Notes: a model not told the origin generated them from the letters alone. A stretch of 64,000 bases of DNA from Candidatus Uhrbacteria bacterium (GCA_016205975.1 JACQSK010000005.1:13362-77361), one strand, 5' to 3'. Shown: positions 30,150-40,053, counted from the stretch's first letter. Numbers and translations: made by a program.

Positions 30150-30401
30150 GTGGCCACGAAGTAGCCGTAGTTCTGTCCCTGACGCCGATTCCGTTGCCGT
30201 GAGGGCGCGCACCTCCAGTTCGGGGTGCTCTTCCAGGAAGCGGCTCAGAGCGACCGCGAAGTTGCGGTCGGTCATGGGGATGAGGTACACCCCGTTGCCG
30301 TAGTCGACGACGTATGCCGACGTCGGCTGGGTCGCGACGATGTTCGCAGCATCCGTGGCTGGGTCACTGCACGAAACGATGAGCATGAGGAACAGATGCA
30401 C
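30150..30401 (-). CDS. putative small lipoprotein (GTG start; signal peptide VHLFLMLIVS-C), 3' end unresolved
   Basis: AGGAGG-6nt-GTG start; lipobox-like LIVSC. The same frame stays open through R-rich junk into the downstream small membrane gene, so a frameshift, sequencing error or fusion is suspected. Confidence 0.3.
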
Positions 30402-30539
30402 GAGAGCCTCCTTGTTTGAGCTGTTTTCCAACCCAGATCCCTGGAGCCCGCAAGGAGCGAGATCCAGAGTCTGTGTTCGAGATGATAACCACCCCTAATC
30501 CCTCCTTGAAAAGGATGGGAACCGAGATGGGCTATAAAC

Positions 30540-32252
30540 TTAGATCGATCGCACGTCTTCACCTGAGGCGATGTTCGCGCCCTTCCCGTACTTCCACAAG
30601 TATGTGTCATTCACCTCGATAATCCCTTGGTTCCAGTCAGAGCCGTAGACTTCATCGGCGACGGTCTCACTCACGATCCAGTGGATCTCGTAGTCGGAGC
30701 CCACGACGTAAACCTTCGCGGAGCTCACGGCTTTGACGCGCGTGCCGGGGGCGAACTTGAGGTCGCCCTCATAGTCGGAGGTCTCGACGTATACATCGAT
30801 GGTCGCCTGGCTTACTTCAACGACTTCGTCCCACGAATCAAACCAGGTGAAGTAAACGTCCTCGCTTGGGACAAGCCACATCTGTTCCCCGCTGACCAAA
30901 TACACCGCTGAAGCCCCGTAGGCGCTGAACGCCTCGACCTCATTGCGCACTAGGTCCAAGAGCGGAGAGAATGTAACCTCATAGACGTTGCCGTCCGTCC
31001 CCTGCCAGTAGGCATGCTCACGATCCGAGAGGGTCGCAACGGAGCCGAAGCCGACGTTCAGGAGGCGTCCGTTGGTCGTGTTCTCATACCAGACGTTGCC
31101 GTTCTCGTCGACTCCCACAAGGATGTCCTCAAAGGCATCCGTCACGTGGTAGGCGCGGGTTTCCCAGGCACGAGTGGTGAAGTTGTAACCCACGTACTCA
31201 TCCTGGTCGTTTTGGAAGTAGATGGCATCCCCCGTCAGGTTGAACAGGCCGTCCGTGGCAACGCCCAGCTTGTGGACGCCGTCCAGATCGCTCACGTACA
31301 AACCGTCCTCGTCATCGATGTAGGCCATACGGTCGCCGTCGATCTGAACGGCGTCTGCGACGTCATCAAACCACGTGAGGTACGCACCACCGGCATCCGA
31401 AGGCGCTTCATCAGCCCCTTGGGTATAGGTCCACAAACGGAAGTTGCGGAAGTAACGGATGGAGCCATCGGAGAGGTAATGCGCGCCGACGATGTCCGCG
31501 CCGGGTTCTGTCCAGGTGTCAGGAATCGCTTCCACGGAACGCGCGGTCTGGTTCACAATCCACAGCTGCTCAAAGCCGCCGTCAAAAAATACTTTTACCA
31601 GAGCGTTGCCGTCTTGGACATCCACGATCTCCTGCCACGGTGCGGTCAGCGCATAGGTGAAATCCGTGCGCTCATATCCTGAGCCGTAGTCGTACACGGA
31701 AAGCGCAGTCTCCACGTCGCCCGAATCCTCATCGGTTTGCAGGGTGGACGTGTAGAGGCGGTTGCCGTCGGTGGCAAACGTCATGAAGGACAAGCTGTTG
31801 TCTGCACGCGTGGTCTCAGAGAGCGCCGTCACGGCTCCCGACTCCGTATCGTATTCGTAAATCGTTCCCCAAGTCTCATCCGAGTCCTTCGGGACCAAGT
31901 AGATGAACCGGCCGTCTTGGGCCGTCTGCCAAAAGGCATCCGTCACAGAATCTGAAACGGATGCAATCTCAAGCGAGACACCATCTTTAAAGATGGTCAG
32001 GTCGACCTGCTCGCAGGCATCAGGATCACTGCACGCCTGAGCGGTCGCAGCGACAAACACCGCATCGTTAAATGCGTAGGGGCCAGACGCGCCCGCATCA
32101 AGCGCCAAACGCTCAACACGGAAGGAGTCATAATCCCAGGCCGCTGTGGCAACCGTTGTCTGCCACGCCCCGGAGTCAGCAAAGACGCTGGGGAGCAACG
32201 GGGAGACGCCGATGGCCACGGCCACGGCTAAAATAAGTGTTTTCTTCAACAT
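30540..32252 (-). CDS. secreted repeat protein, beta-propeller-like (hypothetical)
   Basis: Signal peptide MLKKTLILAVAVAIGVSPLLPSVFA; multiple DG..Y / YV..D blade-like repeats; 570 aa. Confidence 0.7.
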   Translation of the reverse strand: MLKKTLILAVAVAIGVSPLLPSVFADSGAWQTTVATAAWDYDSFRVERLALDAGASGPYAFNDAVFVAATAQACSDPDACEQVDLTIFKDGVSLEIASVSDSVTDAFWQTAQDGRFIYLVPKDSDETWGTIYEYDTESGAVTALSETTRADNSLSFMTFATDGNRLYTSTLQTDEDSGDVETALSVYDYGSGYERTDFTYALTAPWQEIVDVQDGNALVKVFFDGGFEQLWIVNQTARSVEAIPDTWTEPGADIVGAHYLSDGSIRYFRNFRLWTYTQGADEAPSDAGGAYLTWFDDVADAVQIDGDRMAYIDDEDGLYVSDLDGVHKLGVATDGLFNLTGDAIYFQNDQDEYVGYNFTTRAWETRAYHVTDAFEDILVGVDENGNVWYENTTNGRLLNVGFGSVATLSDREHAYWQGTDGNVYEVTFSPLLDLVRNEVEAFSAYGASAVYLVSGEQMWLVPSEDVYFTWFDSWDEVVEVSQATIDVYVETSDYEGDLKFAPGTRVKAVSSAKVYVVGSDYEIHWIVSETVADEVYGSDWNQGIIEVNDTYLWKYGKGANIASGEDVRSI

Positions 32253-32383
32253 AATTTTTTGGTTAATTTAAGGGCAAAAAATACCATATTTGAAGGTTTC
32301 TGTCAACCAGGAGGCTGGACTTTATAGCTCAACTGAGCCAAAACGAAAAGCCGCTCCTCTCCCGGAGCGGCCCACTCGACAGT

Positions 32384-35275
32384 CTACTTCAGAAGCGGCT
32401 TCAAATACTGCCCCGTGACGCTTCTCTTCACCTTCACGATGTCACGAGGCGTCCCAACGGCGACCACTTCCCCGCCCTTGATGCCGCCGTCAGGCCCCAT
32501 GTCGATCACCCAGTCCGCACCCTTCACGACGTCCAAGTTGTGTTCGATGATGACTACGGTGTTTCCCTTGTCGACGAGCTGGTGGAGCACGCCCAAGAGG
32601 CGCTTGATGTCTTCAAAGTGCAAACCTGTCGTCGGCTCATCTAAGATGTACAGCGTGCGGCCTGTGGCGCGGCGCGAGAGCTCGGTGGAAAGTTTCACGC
32701 GCTGCGCCTCGCCGCCTGAGAGCGTGGTCGCGCTCTGTCCCAAGCGGATGTAACCGAGCCCCACCTCGTGGAGCACGTTCAGCTTGTCGAAGATAGCGGT
32801 CTGGTCGGCGAAGAAACGGCGCGTTTCCTCGACCGTCATATTCAGAACATCCGAAATTGTTTTCTGCTTGTAATGAACCTCGAGCGCCTCATGGTTATAG
32901 CGCGTGCCGCGGCATTCGGTGCACTCGACGTACACATCAGGAAGAAACTGCATCTCGATACGGCGCACGCCGTCGCCTCCGCACGCCTCACAGCGTCCGC
33001 CGCCTTTCACGTTGAAAGAAAACTTGCCGGCATCGTACTTGCGCATCTTGGCCTCGGGCAAGTCAGCGAACAAGTCGCGGATCGCGGTGAACACTCCTGT
33101 GTAGGTCGCGGGGTTAGAGCGCGGAGTGCGGCCGATCGGCGACTGGTCCACGGCGACGACCTTGTCGATGTGCTCGGTGCCCTTGATGTCCTTGTGCTCA
33201 CCCGGGTAGAGCTTGGCGCGATAAAACTTCCGGCTGAGCGCCTTCCCCAGAATATCCAAAACGAGCGTTGACTTGCCTGATCCTGAAACGCCCGTGACGC
33301 ACACGAGACAGCCAAGCGGAATCTCCACGTCGACGTCTTTCAAGTTGAAGGCGCTCGCACCCAGCACGGTCAGTTTCTTGCCGCTTCCCTTGCGATATTT
33401 TTTGGGAAGCGGAATAGACTTCGCCCCGGAAAGATATTGGCCGGTGAGAGAGTCCTTGTCTTTTTGAATCTTCGCGGCCGTGCCTTCCGACACAATCTGT
33501 CCGCCGTACTCGCCGGCTCCCGGCCCCACGTCAAACACATAGTCCGCGGCGCGGATCATCGCCTCATCGTGCTCCACGACGATCACGGAGTTGCCAAACG
33601 CCTTAAGCTGGCGGATCGTTTCGATCAAACAGTCATTATCACGCGGATGCAGCCCGATGGAGGGTTCGTCTAAGATATAGATGACGCCCGAGAGCTGACT
33701 GCCAAGCTGCGTGGCCAGGCGCACGCGCTGAGACTCGCCCCCTGAGAGCGTCATAGCACTGCGATCCAGCGTGAGGTATCCCAAACCTACCTGAGTGAGC
33801 TGATCCAACCGCACGCGTACTTCCTTTGCCACGCGCTCGGTGACCAAACGTTCATCCCCCGTCAGCTTCCCCAGCGTCTCCCCTTGTCCCCCTTTGCGCC
33901 CTTTGTCCCCCTTTGCGCCCTTTGTCCCCCTTTGTCCCCCTCCTCCCACCAGCCCATCAAAAAACGCTTTCACGTCCTCCACCGGCAAATTCACAACGTC
34001 GGCAATCGACTTCCCGTCTATGGTAATCGCGAGCACGGCTTTGTTGAGACGGCGCCCTTCACAGGAAGGACAGATCGTTCGGCGCATATAGCCCTCGAGC
34101 TCTGAACGCACATACTCGGAATCGGTCTCGCGGTATTTTTGTTCAAGCTGCGCCAAGACGCCTGGAAACGTGACGGTCTCGCCTTTGAAGGCATAGGTTT
34201 CCTCCCCGGTCCCGTTCAACACCAGTTCCATTTTTGCCTTGGGAATCTTTTGCACGGGCACGTCCATGGGAATGCGGTGCACTCTCCCAACGACCTGGAG
34301 CAGGTCCAGGTAGCTTGTCTGGTTGCCGGCAATCTTCGTCCAGGGTCTCACTGCTCCCTCTTCAAATGTCAGCCGGCGGTTGGGAACCACGAGCTCTGCT
34401 TCAAGCACCAGCTTCTCGCCGAGCCCCGTGCACTCCTCACACGCCCCATGGGGAGAGTTGAACGAGAACAATCGCGGCTCAGGCTCAGGGAGGTTGATGC
34501 CGCAGGAGGGACACATGTAGCTCTTAGAGAGCGACAGCTCGTCGCCAGAGTCGTCATTTACCAGCGTGATGAAACCGTTGCCGTAATCGAGCGCTTTGTT
34601 CACGAACTGCGTGATGTGCTCGGGAGAGTAGGCTGTGCCAGGCTCGAAAGCAAAGATGAGCACGTCGATGTCGTGATCTTTCTTTTTGTCTTTGCGCATG
34701 GAGAGCGCCTCGCTCGCGTCGATGAGCAGTCCATCAAAGCGCACTTGACTAAATCCCGCGTTCAGGGCGCCTTGCAGCACGTGCTTGTGTTCGCCTTTCA
34801 GGCGGCGGACGACGGGCGCAAACAGGAGCACGCGGTTCTTTCCGATGAGGGAGGACACGCGCGCCACAATCTCGGTGAGCGTCTGCTCGCCGACGTTTTG
34901 CCCGCACGCGGGACAATGCGGCCGACCGGCCCGCGCAAACAAGACGCGCAGAAAATCATAAATCTCCGTGACGGTCCCCACGGTCGAGCGAGGATTGTGC
35001 GATGAGGATTTTTGGTCAATGGCGATGGTGGGAGAGAGTCCCGTGATCTCATCAACGTCTGGCTTGTCTTGAAGCTCCAAAAATTGGCGGGCGTAGCTCG
35101 AGAGCGACTCCATGTACCTGCGCTGCCCTTCCGCGTAAATGGTATCAAACGCGAGCGAGGATTTTCCCGAACCCGAGAGGCCGGTCACGACCACGAGTTT
35201 GTTCTTGGGAATATCCACGTTCACATTTTTGAGATTGTGAACGCGCGCCCCACGGATGGAAATGAAGTCGGACAT
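32384..35275 (-). CDS. uvrA: excinuclease ABC subunit A
   Basis: [54 protein letters not shown]...; two ABC modules and zinc-finger Cys clusters. Contains an unusual Gly/Lys-rich insertion ([22 protein letters not shown]) encoded by a tandem decamer repeat. Track start 35287; ATG 35275 preferred. Confidence 0.9.
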   Translation of the reverse strand: MSDFISIRGARVHNLKNVNVDIPKNKLVVVTGLSGSGKSSLAFDTIYAEGQRRYMESLSSYARQFLELQDKPDVDEITGLSPTIAIDQKSSSHNPRSTVGTVTEIYDFLRVLFARAGRPHCPACGQNVGEQTLTEIVARVSSLIGKNRVLLFAPVVRRLKGEHKHVLQGALNAGFSQVRFDGLLIDASEALSMRKDKKKDHDIDVLIFAFEPGTAYSPEHITQFVNKALDYGNGFITLVNDDSGDELSLSKSYMCPSCGINLPEPEPRLFSFNSPHGACEECTGLGEKLVLEAELVVPNRRLTFEEGAVRPWTKIAGNQTSYLDLLQVVGRVHRIPMDVPVQKIPKAKMELVLNGTGEETYAFKGETVTFPGVLAQLEQKYRETDSEYVRSELEGYMRRTICPSCEGRRLNKAVLAITIDGKSIADVVNLPVEDVKAFFDGLVGGGGQRGTKGAKGDKGRKGGQGETLGKLTGDERLVTERVAKEVRVRLDQLTQVGLGYLTLDRSAMTLSGGESQRVRLATQLGSQLSGVIYILDEPSIGLHPRDNDCLIETIRQLKAFGNSVIVVEHDEAMIRAADYVFDVGPGAGEYGGQIVSEGTAAKIQKDKDSLTGQYLSGAKSIPLPKKYRKGSGKKLTVLGASAFNLKDVDVEIPLGCLVCVTGVSGSGKSTLVLDILGKALSRKFYRAKLYPGEHKDIKGTEHIDKVVAVDQSPIGRTPRSNPATYTGVFTAIRDLFADLPEAKMRKYDAGKFSFNVKGGGRCEACGGDGVRRIEMQFLPDVYVECTECRGTRYNHEALEVHYKQKTISDVLNMTVEETRRFFADQTAIFDKLNVLHEVGLGYIRLGQSATTLSGGEAQRVKLSTELSRRATGRTLYILDEPTTGLHFEDIKRLLGVLHQLVDKGNTVVIIEHNLDVVKGADWVIDMGPDGGIKGGEVVAVGTPRDIVKVKRSVTGQYLKPLLK
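33882..33944 (-). repeat. tandem ~10-nt repeat (GGGGACAAAG / GGCGCAAAG units, ~6 copies) inside uvrA
   Basis: Plus strand reads CTTGTCCCC CTTTGCGCC CTTTGTCCCC CTTTGCGCC CTTTGTCCCC CTTTGTCCCC; same unit family recurs at 37688-37731 and 50498-50530. Confidence 0.85.
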
Positions 35276-35368
35276 AATCGAACACACTCAAAAAATAAAC
35301 ACGCTGGCAAGGCTATCACAAACAAAAACACAGGGCAAGAGAGGTGCCCCATGTTCATGCCAAATCGA

Positions 35369-36922
35369 TCAGCGCGTTCTCCCCCGATCGTACGCCTCGT
35401 CTTCTGCATTGACGCTGATGCTCTTACAGTCGTTTCCTTGAATGATAGAAAGGAGAGACGCTGGGGCTCCCGTAATATATGAGATCAAACTATCTCCTGT
35501 AATCGTTGGGACATGCGCGGAACACTTCTTTCCTTCCATCCCTTCTTTCTGCGCAACATTGCATGGGTCTGCAGAACAGATGCTGTCTAAAGATTCGTCT
35601 CCGAGATTATACGTTCCGTCGACCATGCCGCCTATAACCTGTTCGAGCGGCACGGTTGCTGACAGATTTGATGCTTGAGGCGTTGTATCGTAATCCTCAC
35701 ATGTATCGATAGCACTGCAATCCATGGTCAGCATCGCGCATGCCCCCTGTTTCCAAGTGTCCAGGTCAAGGGAAGCGGCTGTAAGTAAGAAAGGACTCCC
35801 TGTCCAAAAACATTGTTGGCTGATTTCATTTACGATGTAGCCATTCCTCGTCTGTGGCGCTCCGCCGCTGTACGTCGTCAGTCTAGAAAACTGCGGACAC
35901 AGCGAAGACGATGGAGTGAAATACGGGTTCCCGATGACGAGGCTCTCACAGGTCGTGCACTGCCCGCCAGAGGCAGAGACAAAACACCTTTCACCTTTGC
36001 CTGAACAATAATCATACGTGCACGTCTGTTCTGCAACCGAGTTTCCTTCCCAATCCTTGGTGATCGTCGCCACAGAGCCGCACTCGGTCCCCTTGCTCGG
36101 CTTTTCCACCGTGTACGGTTTACCTCCCTTGGGTGCCGGCTGACCCTGCGCGTGCGGAGAGTCCTCGGGCGCGCCGTTCTGTGTGAGATACGCGGATGTT
36201 CCCCACGTGCCTGTCAGGTACCCGCAGCTCGTTTGTCCCTCCACGAGCGCGACGGTTTTGATCATGGGAAAATCCGGAACCTTCAGTTTCAGCAAGTTGG
36301 GATTCACCGTCGCCAAAATGAAATACGTCGAGAGCAGAAGCACGAGGCCTATCACCCCGTTTGTCATACGCTTCTTGGCTTTGCCCATCAGCTCTGCGCT
36401 GGCCGCGCCAAACGACCATTGCAATCCTCCCACCATGATGAACACGATCGCGATAAGCGTGGCCGCGCCGATCAGCCAATTGTAGACAGCGGCGATGTAC
36501 TCTCCTAAGTCGGCCGGCACTTTGAGCGAACCGATGGAAACTTGCAGCGTGACCTTTGCCGCTTTACTGGAATCAGGGTAGCAGTAGCGTTCGCCTTGCA
36601 TGCATTCTCCTGGCTGGTATTTCGTATCAAGTTTTCCACCCTGGGCCGTACACTCGCTCTCCTTAAAGCACATGACGTGCTCACTGGGCAGCTCGGCGGA
36701 CGATGATGCGCACGCGGCCACGCGAGAGCCATTGGTTTCGCACTTGCTCTGGCATGCCTCGGCCGTGAGCATGCCTTGTCTTTTGGCGCCCGTGCCGTCC
36801 ACGGCGCAGTAGCAGTCGCAGGCCGTCTCAGCCGCCCGGGTGGCAAGCGGCGCGCCAAAGAGAAAACTCATCGCGACGGCGAGGAACAAAAGGCGCATGG
36901 CCCATGGATGAACGGTCGTCAT
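35369..36922 (-). CDS. cysteine-rich secreted/membrane protein with VirB2/TrbC-pilin-like two-helix hydrophobic hairpin
   Basis: Signal peptide MRLLFLAVAMSFLFGAPLATRA. About 35 Cys in 517 aa, including CDCYC and CxxC pairs. Central segment IAAVYNWLIGAATLIAIVFIMVGGLQW...GVIGLVLLLSTYFILATV resembles conjugative pilin VirB2/TrbC topology. Confidence 0.6.
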   Translation of the reverse strand: MTTVHPWAMRLLFLAVAMSFLFGAPLATRAAETACDCYCAVDGTGAKRQGMLTAEACQSKCETNGSRVAACASSSAELPSEHVMCFKESECTAQGGKLDTKYQPGECMQGERYCYPDSSKAAKVTLQVSIGSLKVPADLGEYIAAVYNWLIGAATLIAIVFIMVGGLQWSFGAASAELMGKAKKRMTNGVIGLVLLLSTYFILATVNPNLLKLKVPDFPMIKTVALVEGQTSCGYLTGTWGTSAYLTQNGAPEDSPHAQGQPAPKGGKPYTVEKPSKGTECGSVATITKDWEGNSVAEQTCTYDYCSGKGERCFVSASGGQCTTCESLVIGNPYFTPSSSLCPQFSRLTTYSGGAPQTRNGYIVNEISQQCFWTGSPFLLTAASLDLDTWKQGACAMLTMDCSAIDTCEDYDTTPQASNLSATVPLEQVIGGMVDGTYNLGDESLDSICSADPCNVAQKEGMEGKKCSAHVPTITGDSLISYITGAPASLLSIIQGNDCKSISVNAEDEAYDRGRTR

Positions 36923-36924
36923 AG

Positions 36925-37665
36925 CTATGGCGTCTGAATAATGGACTGCACGATTGCTTCCATCACCTCGGCGGGGATCGCGCCGGCAATGCGGTTGCCA
37001 TTGATGAAAAATGTCGGTGTCCCGCGCACGCCTGCTTCTGCGCCGTCTTTGAGATCCTCTTCGACCTCACTCGCATACCGCCCTGAGGAAAGGCAGCTCT
37101 CAAACTGGTCCACGCGCATGTTGAGCTCCGACGCAAACGCCACAAACGACTCTTGTGTCAGGCTCGACTGATTCTGAAACAGCTTGTCATGATACTCCCA
37201 AAACTTTCCCTGCTCATCCGCGCACTCTCCCGCCTCCGCCGCGAGCTGCGCAAGCGGGTGGAGGTCGGTGAGAGGAAAATCACGATACACATAAAAGACA
37301 TCATCGGGATACTTGGCTGCCAACTCGCGCATCGTGAAGCTTGCCTCTTGCGAGTACGGGCACTGGAACTCAGCGAACTCCACGATCGTCACGCGCGCGC
37401 CTGGATTTCCAAGACTCGGGTCGTCCGTGGTCGTGACATCAAACTCCCCATCAGGTTGCGGGGCGCTGGCAAGCGCAATGCTTGCGGTCAGTTTCTTGGC
37501 AAAGTCGAACGAGGAAAGGTCCAGACCGCCGCTTTTGATTTGGTCGGCAAAGTAGAACACGCGCGCCGCAAACGCGATCACCAACGCCAGGACGGCGAGC
37601 GTTACGATCGTGGCGATCCAACTGCGTCGGCGGTTCTCTTGTCGATCGAGCTCCATGGCTTCCAT
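36925..37665 (-). CDS. membrane-anchored DsbA-family thioredoxin-fold protein with CxxS (CPYS) active site
   Basis: N-terminal TM anchor, EFAEFQCPYSQEA active-site region, C-terminal GTPTFFINGN DsbA motif; immediately downstream of (co-oriented with) the Cys-rich protein. Confidence 0.7.
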   Translation of the reverse strand: MEAMELDRQENRRRSWIATIVTLAVLALVIAFAARVFYFADQIKSGGLDLSSFDFAKKLTASIALASAPQPDGEFDVTTTDDPSLGNPGARVTIVEFAEFQCPYSQEASFTMRELAAKYPDDVFYVYRDFPLTDLHPLAQLAAEAGECADEQGKFWEYHDKLFQNQSSLTQESFVAFASELNMRVDQFESCLSSGRYASEVEEDLKDGAEAGVRGTPTFFINGNRIAGAIPAEVMEAIVQSIIQTP

Positions 37666-37687
37666 ATGGAGAAAAGTATATCATGGG

Positions 37688-37731
37688 AAGGGCGCAGAGG
37701 GGGACAAAGGAAGACAAAGGGCGCAGAGGGG
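37688..37731 (+). repeat. tandem decamer repeat (GGGCGCAGAG GGGGACAAAG GAAGACAAAG GGCGCAGAGG) in the secG/dsbA-like intergenic region
   Basis: Same unit family as the uvrA and GT4 (50498) insertions. Confidence 0.8.
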
Positions 37732-37875
37732 AAAATAAAAAAGTATGGAAAAAATACAAGATCAAGAGGAGGCTCGCGGGAAGCGACGGGAGAAGAAACG
37801 CCGGCCCAGCATGCGAGTGAGTGGGCGCGGGATGAAACGGTTTGCGTCTCCCAACAAAAAGACGGGGAGGAGTCA

Positions 37876-37904
37876 TTGACGAAAGGACTCCTCTTTGATA
37901 GTCT
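37876..37904 (+). promoter_or_regulatory. candidate promoter of secG (TTGACG-N17-TAGTCT with TG extension)
   Basis: One of four instances in the window of TTGACG/N17/(TG)nTAGnnT; predicted TSS ~3 nt before ATG 37914 (near-leaderless). Confidence 0.4.
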
Positions 37905-37913
37905 TTCCTCACT

Positions 37914-38135
37914 ATGAACGTCGATCTTATCCTCAGCGTTACGCAAATCGTTTTGGCCGTCCTGTTGGTCGCCGCCATCTTGCTGCAAGCTCGCGGCACA
38001 GGCCTGGGCGCGGCCTTCGGCGGAGGCGGCAACGTCTACCGCACCAAACGCGGAGCCGAAAAAAAACTGTTCCAGCTCACCATCGTCCTCGCTATTTTGT
38101 TCTTCGGTGTCGCGCTCGCTAATGCTCTGGTTTAG
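37914..38135 (+). CDS. secG: preprotein translocase subunit SecG
   Basis: LLQARGTGLGAAFGGGGNVYRTKRGAEK with two TM helices, 73 aa. Confidence 0.85.
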   Translation: MNVDLILSVTQIVLAVLLVAAILLQARGTGLGAAFGGGGNVYRTKRGAEKKLFQLTIVLAILFFGVALANALV

Positions 38136-38202
38136 TTGCATGCGCTCATTGTTCTCACGAACGTCACGCCAGAATCCGGCTGATCAAAAAAAAGACTTGA
38201 CC

Positions 38203-39960
38203 ATGCGTCAGGTCCTTTCCGTTACCAAGATGCGTACACTCCCTAGCTGGCAGCAATGGAAACAACTCCCGCGCCTGCTCACGCCCGGAGAAAAAAAGAC
38301 GCTGAACGCGGCGCTGGGCGTCTTCCTCTTTGCCTGCCTCTCGCTCCTGGGCACCTATCTTTTTTCACACCGCGTGAACGTGCCCGCCGTGGGCGGGGCG
38401 TACACCGAAGGCTTGGTAGGCGAGCCGCGCCTGTTGAATCCCCTCTACGCCCAAGCAAGCGACACGGACCAAGACCTCACGCGCCTCATCTACTCCGGCC
38501 TCTTGCGCTATGATCCGGAAGAAGGCTATGTGCCCGATCTCGCAGAGTCGCTCAGCGTAAGCGAGGACGGCCTTACCTACACGCTCAAGATCAAGGAACA
38601 CGCACGCTTCCACAACGGCGAAGACGTCCGCGCGCGCGACGTGCTCTTCACTGTGAACGCTATCCAGAATCCCGCCTACCACAGTCCTTTGATCGATTCC
38701 TTCTACCGCGTCTCGGTCGTACAAGAAGACGAGCGCACCGTTTCCTTTATTCTGGAGGAGCCGTTCGCGCCCTTTGTGCAATCGCTCACGGTGGGTATTC
38801 TCCCGGCGTCCTTGTGGGCTGAAATCCTCCCGCAGAACGCCCCCCTTGCCGCCTTGAATCTCCAACCGGTTGGCTCGGGTCCGTACCGGTTCGAAGCGTT
38901 CGCCAAAGACCAGCGCGGTTCGATCCGAAGCTACACGCTCACGCGCAACGAAGACTTCTATGACGCGCCCGCCTTCATCGAGACGATCACGTTTAAGTTC
39001 TACCAAGACACCATGGCGCTTGGCGAGGCGCTGGAAAATAAGAACGTAGAAGGCGCCGGCGTCGTACGCCTGGAGGATCTTGAACGCGTCGCAGGCAACA
39101 GCGAGGTACAGCTCCTGCTCCCGACCATCCCTCAAGAGACCATCCTCTACTTGAATCAAACCGTTCAACCGATCCTAGGCGACCTCGCGGTGAGGAGTGC
39201 CATCGCAAGCGCGATCGACAAACAAAAAATCGTGGAAGCCGTCCCGCTCGCACGCTCACAAATCATTCACGCGCCCATCCTTGAGGGACAGGTGGGATAT
39301 GACGCGGGCGTGCAGGTGGCCTACAATGAAAGCCAAGCCCATACGCTCTTGGAGGAAGCAGGGTACCGTCTGAATGCCGACACGGGGCTCAGAGGCGTCA
39401 AAGGCGACGGGAAACAGGAGGATGAAGACGAGCAGGCAGCTCCCGCGACCTTGGGCTTCACTCTAACCGCGCTCGACTCAGAGGAGATGCGCGCCGTCGC
39501 CGCGCGTCTGCAAGAGGACTTCGCGAACATCGGCATCACGCTCTCCCTTTCGTTTGTGCCCTCTGACCTCATGTACTCGCAAGTCATCGAGCCCAGAAAC
39601 TTTGAGCTTCTGCTTGCAAGTATCCTCATGGAGGGCGATCCAAATCCGTATCCCTTCTGGCATTCAACCCAAGCAAAAACGGGCGGCCTGAACTTCGCCA
39701 ACTACAGCAACGCCGATGTCGACACCCTGCTACTCGATGGACGCAAAGAGATGGACGCGAGTGTCCGCGCCCAAAAATACCAGCAATTCCAACAGCTGCT
39801 TGCCAAAGACGTCCCGGTTGTGTTCTTATACCAGTCCCGTTTTGCCCATGCGCTTGCCCAGAAGATCCGACTGGATCCTCCCGCGCGCCTCGTGATCCCT
39901 GCCGATCGGTTCGCCAACGTGACAAGCTGGTACATCAAAACGAAACAGGTCCTGAGGTAA
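38203..39960 (+). CDS. ABC transporter substrate-binding protein, family 5 (OppA/DppA-like), N-terminally membrane-anchored
   Basis: PDLAESLSVSEDGLTYTLKIKEHARFHNGEDVRARDV (SBP_bac_5 signature). Track start 38107 overlaps secG; ATG 38203/38233 preferred. Confidence 0.8.
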   Translation: MRQVLSVTKMRTLPSWQQWKQLPRLLTPGEKKTLNAALGVFLFACLSLLGTYLFSHRVNVPAVGGAYTEGLVGEPRLLNPLYAQASDTDQDLTRLIYSGLLRYDPEEGYVPDLAESLSVSEDGLTYTLKIKEHARFHNGEDVRARDVLFTVNAIQNPAYHSPLIDSFYRVSVVQEDERTVSFILEEPFAPFVQSLTVGILPASLWAEILPQNAPLAALNLQPVGSGPYRFEAFAKDQRGSIRSYTLTRNEDFYDAPAFIETITFKFYQDTMALGEALENKNVEGAGVVRLEDLERVAGNSEVQLLLPTIPQETILYLNQTVQPILGDLAVRSAIASAIDKQKIVEAVPLARSQIIHAPILEGQVGYDAGVQVAYNESQAHTLLEEAGYRLNADTGLRGVKGDGKQEDEDEQAAPATLGFTLTALDSEEMRAVAARLQEDFANIGITLSLSFVPSDLMYSQVIEPRNFELLLASILMEGDPNPYPFWHSTQAKTGGLNFANYSNADVDTLLLDGRKEMDASVRAQKYQQFQQLLAKDVPVVFLYQSRFAHALAQKIRLDPPARLVIPADRFANVTSWYIKTKQVLR

Positions 39961-39968
39961 CCCCAAAC

Positions 39969-40053
39969 GCGGACGTGGCGGAACTGGTATACGCGTGCGT
40001 CTCAGAAGCGCATGGCGAAAGCCTTGAGGGTTCGAGTCCCTCCGTCCGCACCA
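39969..40053 (+). tRNA. tRNA-Leu (anticodon CAG), type II long variable arm, CCA encoded
   Basis: Acceptor GCGGACG/CGTCCGC, anticodon stem TGCGT/GCGCA loop CTCAGAA, variable stem-loop GGCGAAAGCC, T arm GAGGG-TTCGAGT-CCCTC. Confidence 0.9.

Noticed and set aside
33882-33944. Tandem 10-nt repeats as a CRISPR array
   Set aside because: Units are 9-10 nt with no spacers; they lie inside coding sequence and are in-frame. This is a microsatellite-like repeat, not CRISPR.
36120-36858. ORFs antisense/alternate-frame inside the Cys-rich protein gene
   Set aside because: R/A-rich junk. The minus-strand 517-aa protein has a signal peptide and coherent Cys pattern.
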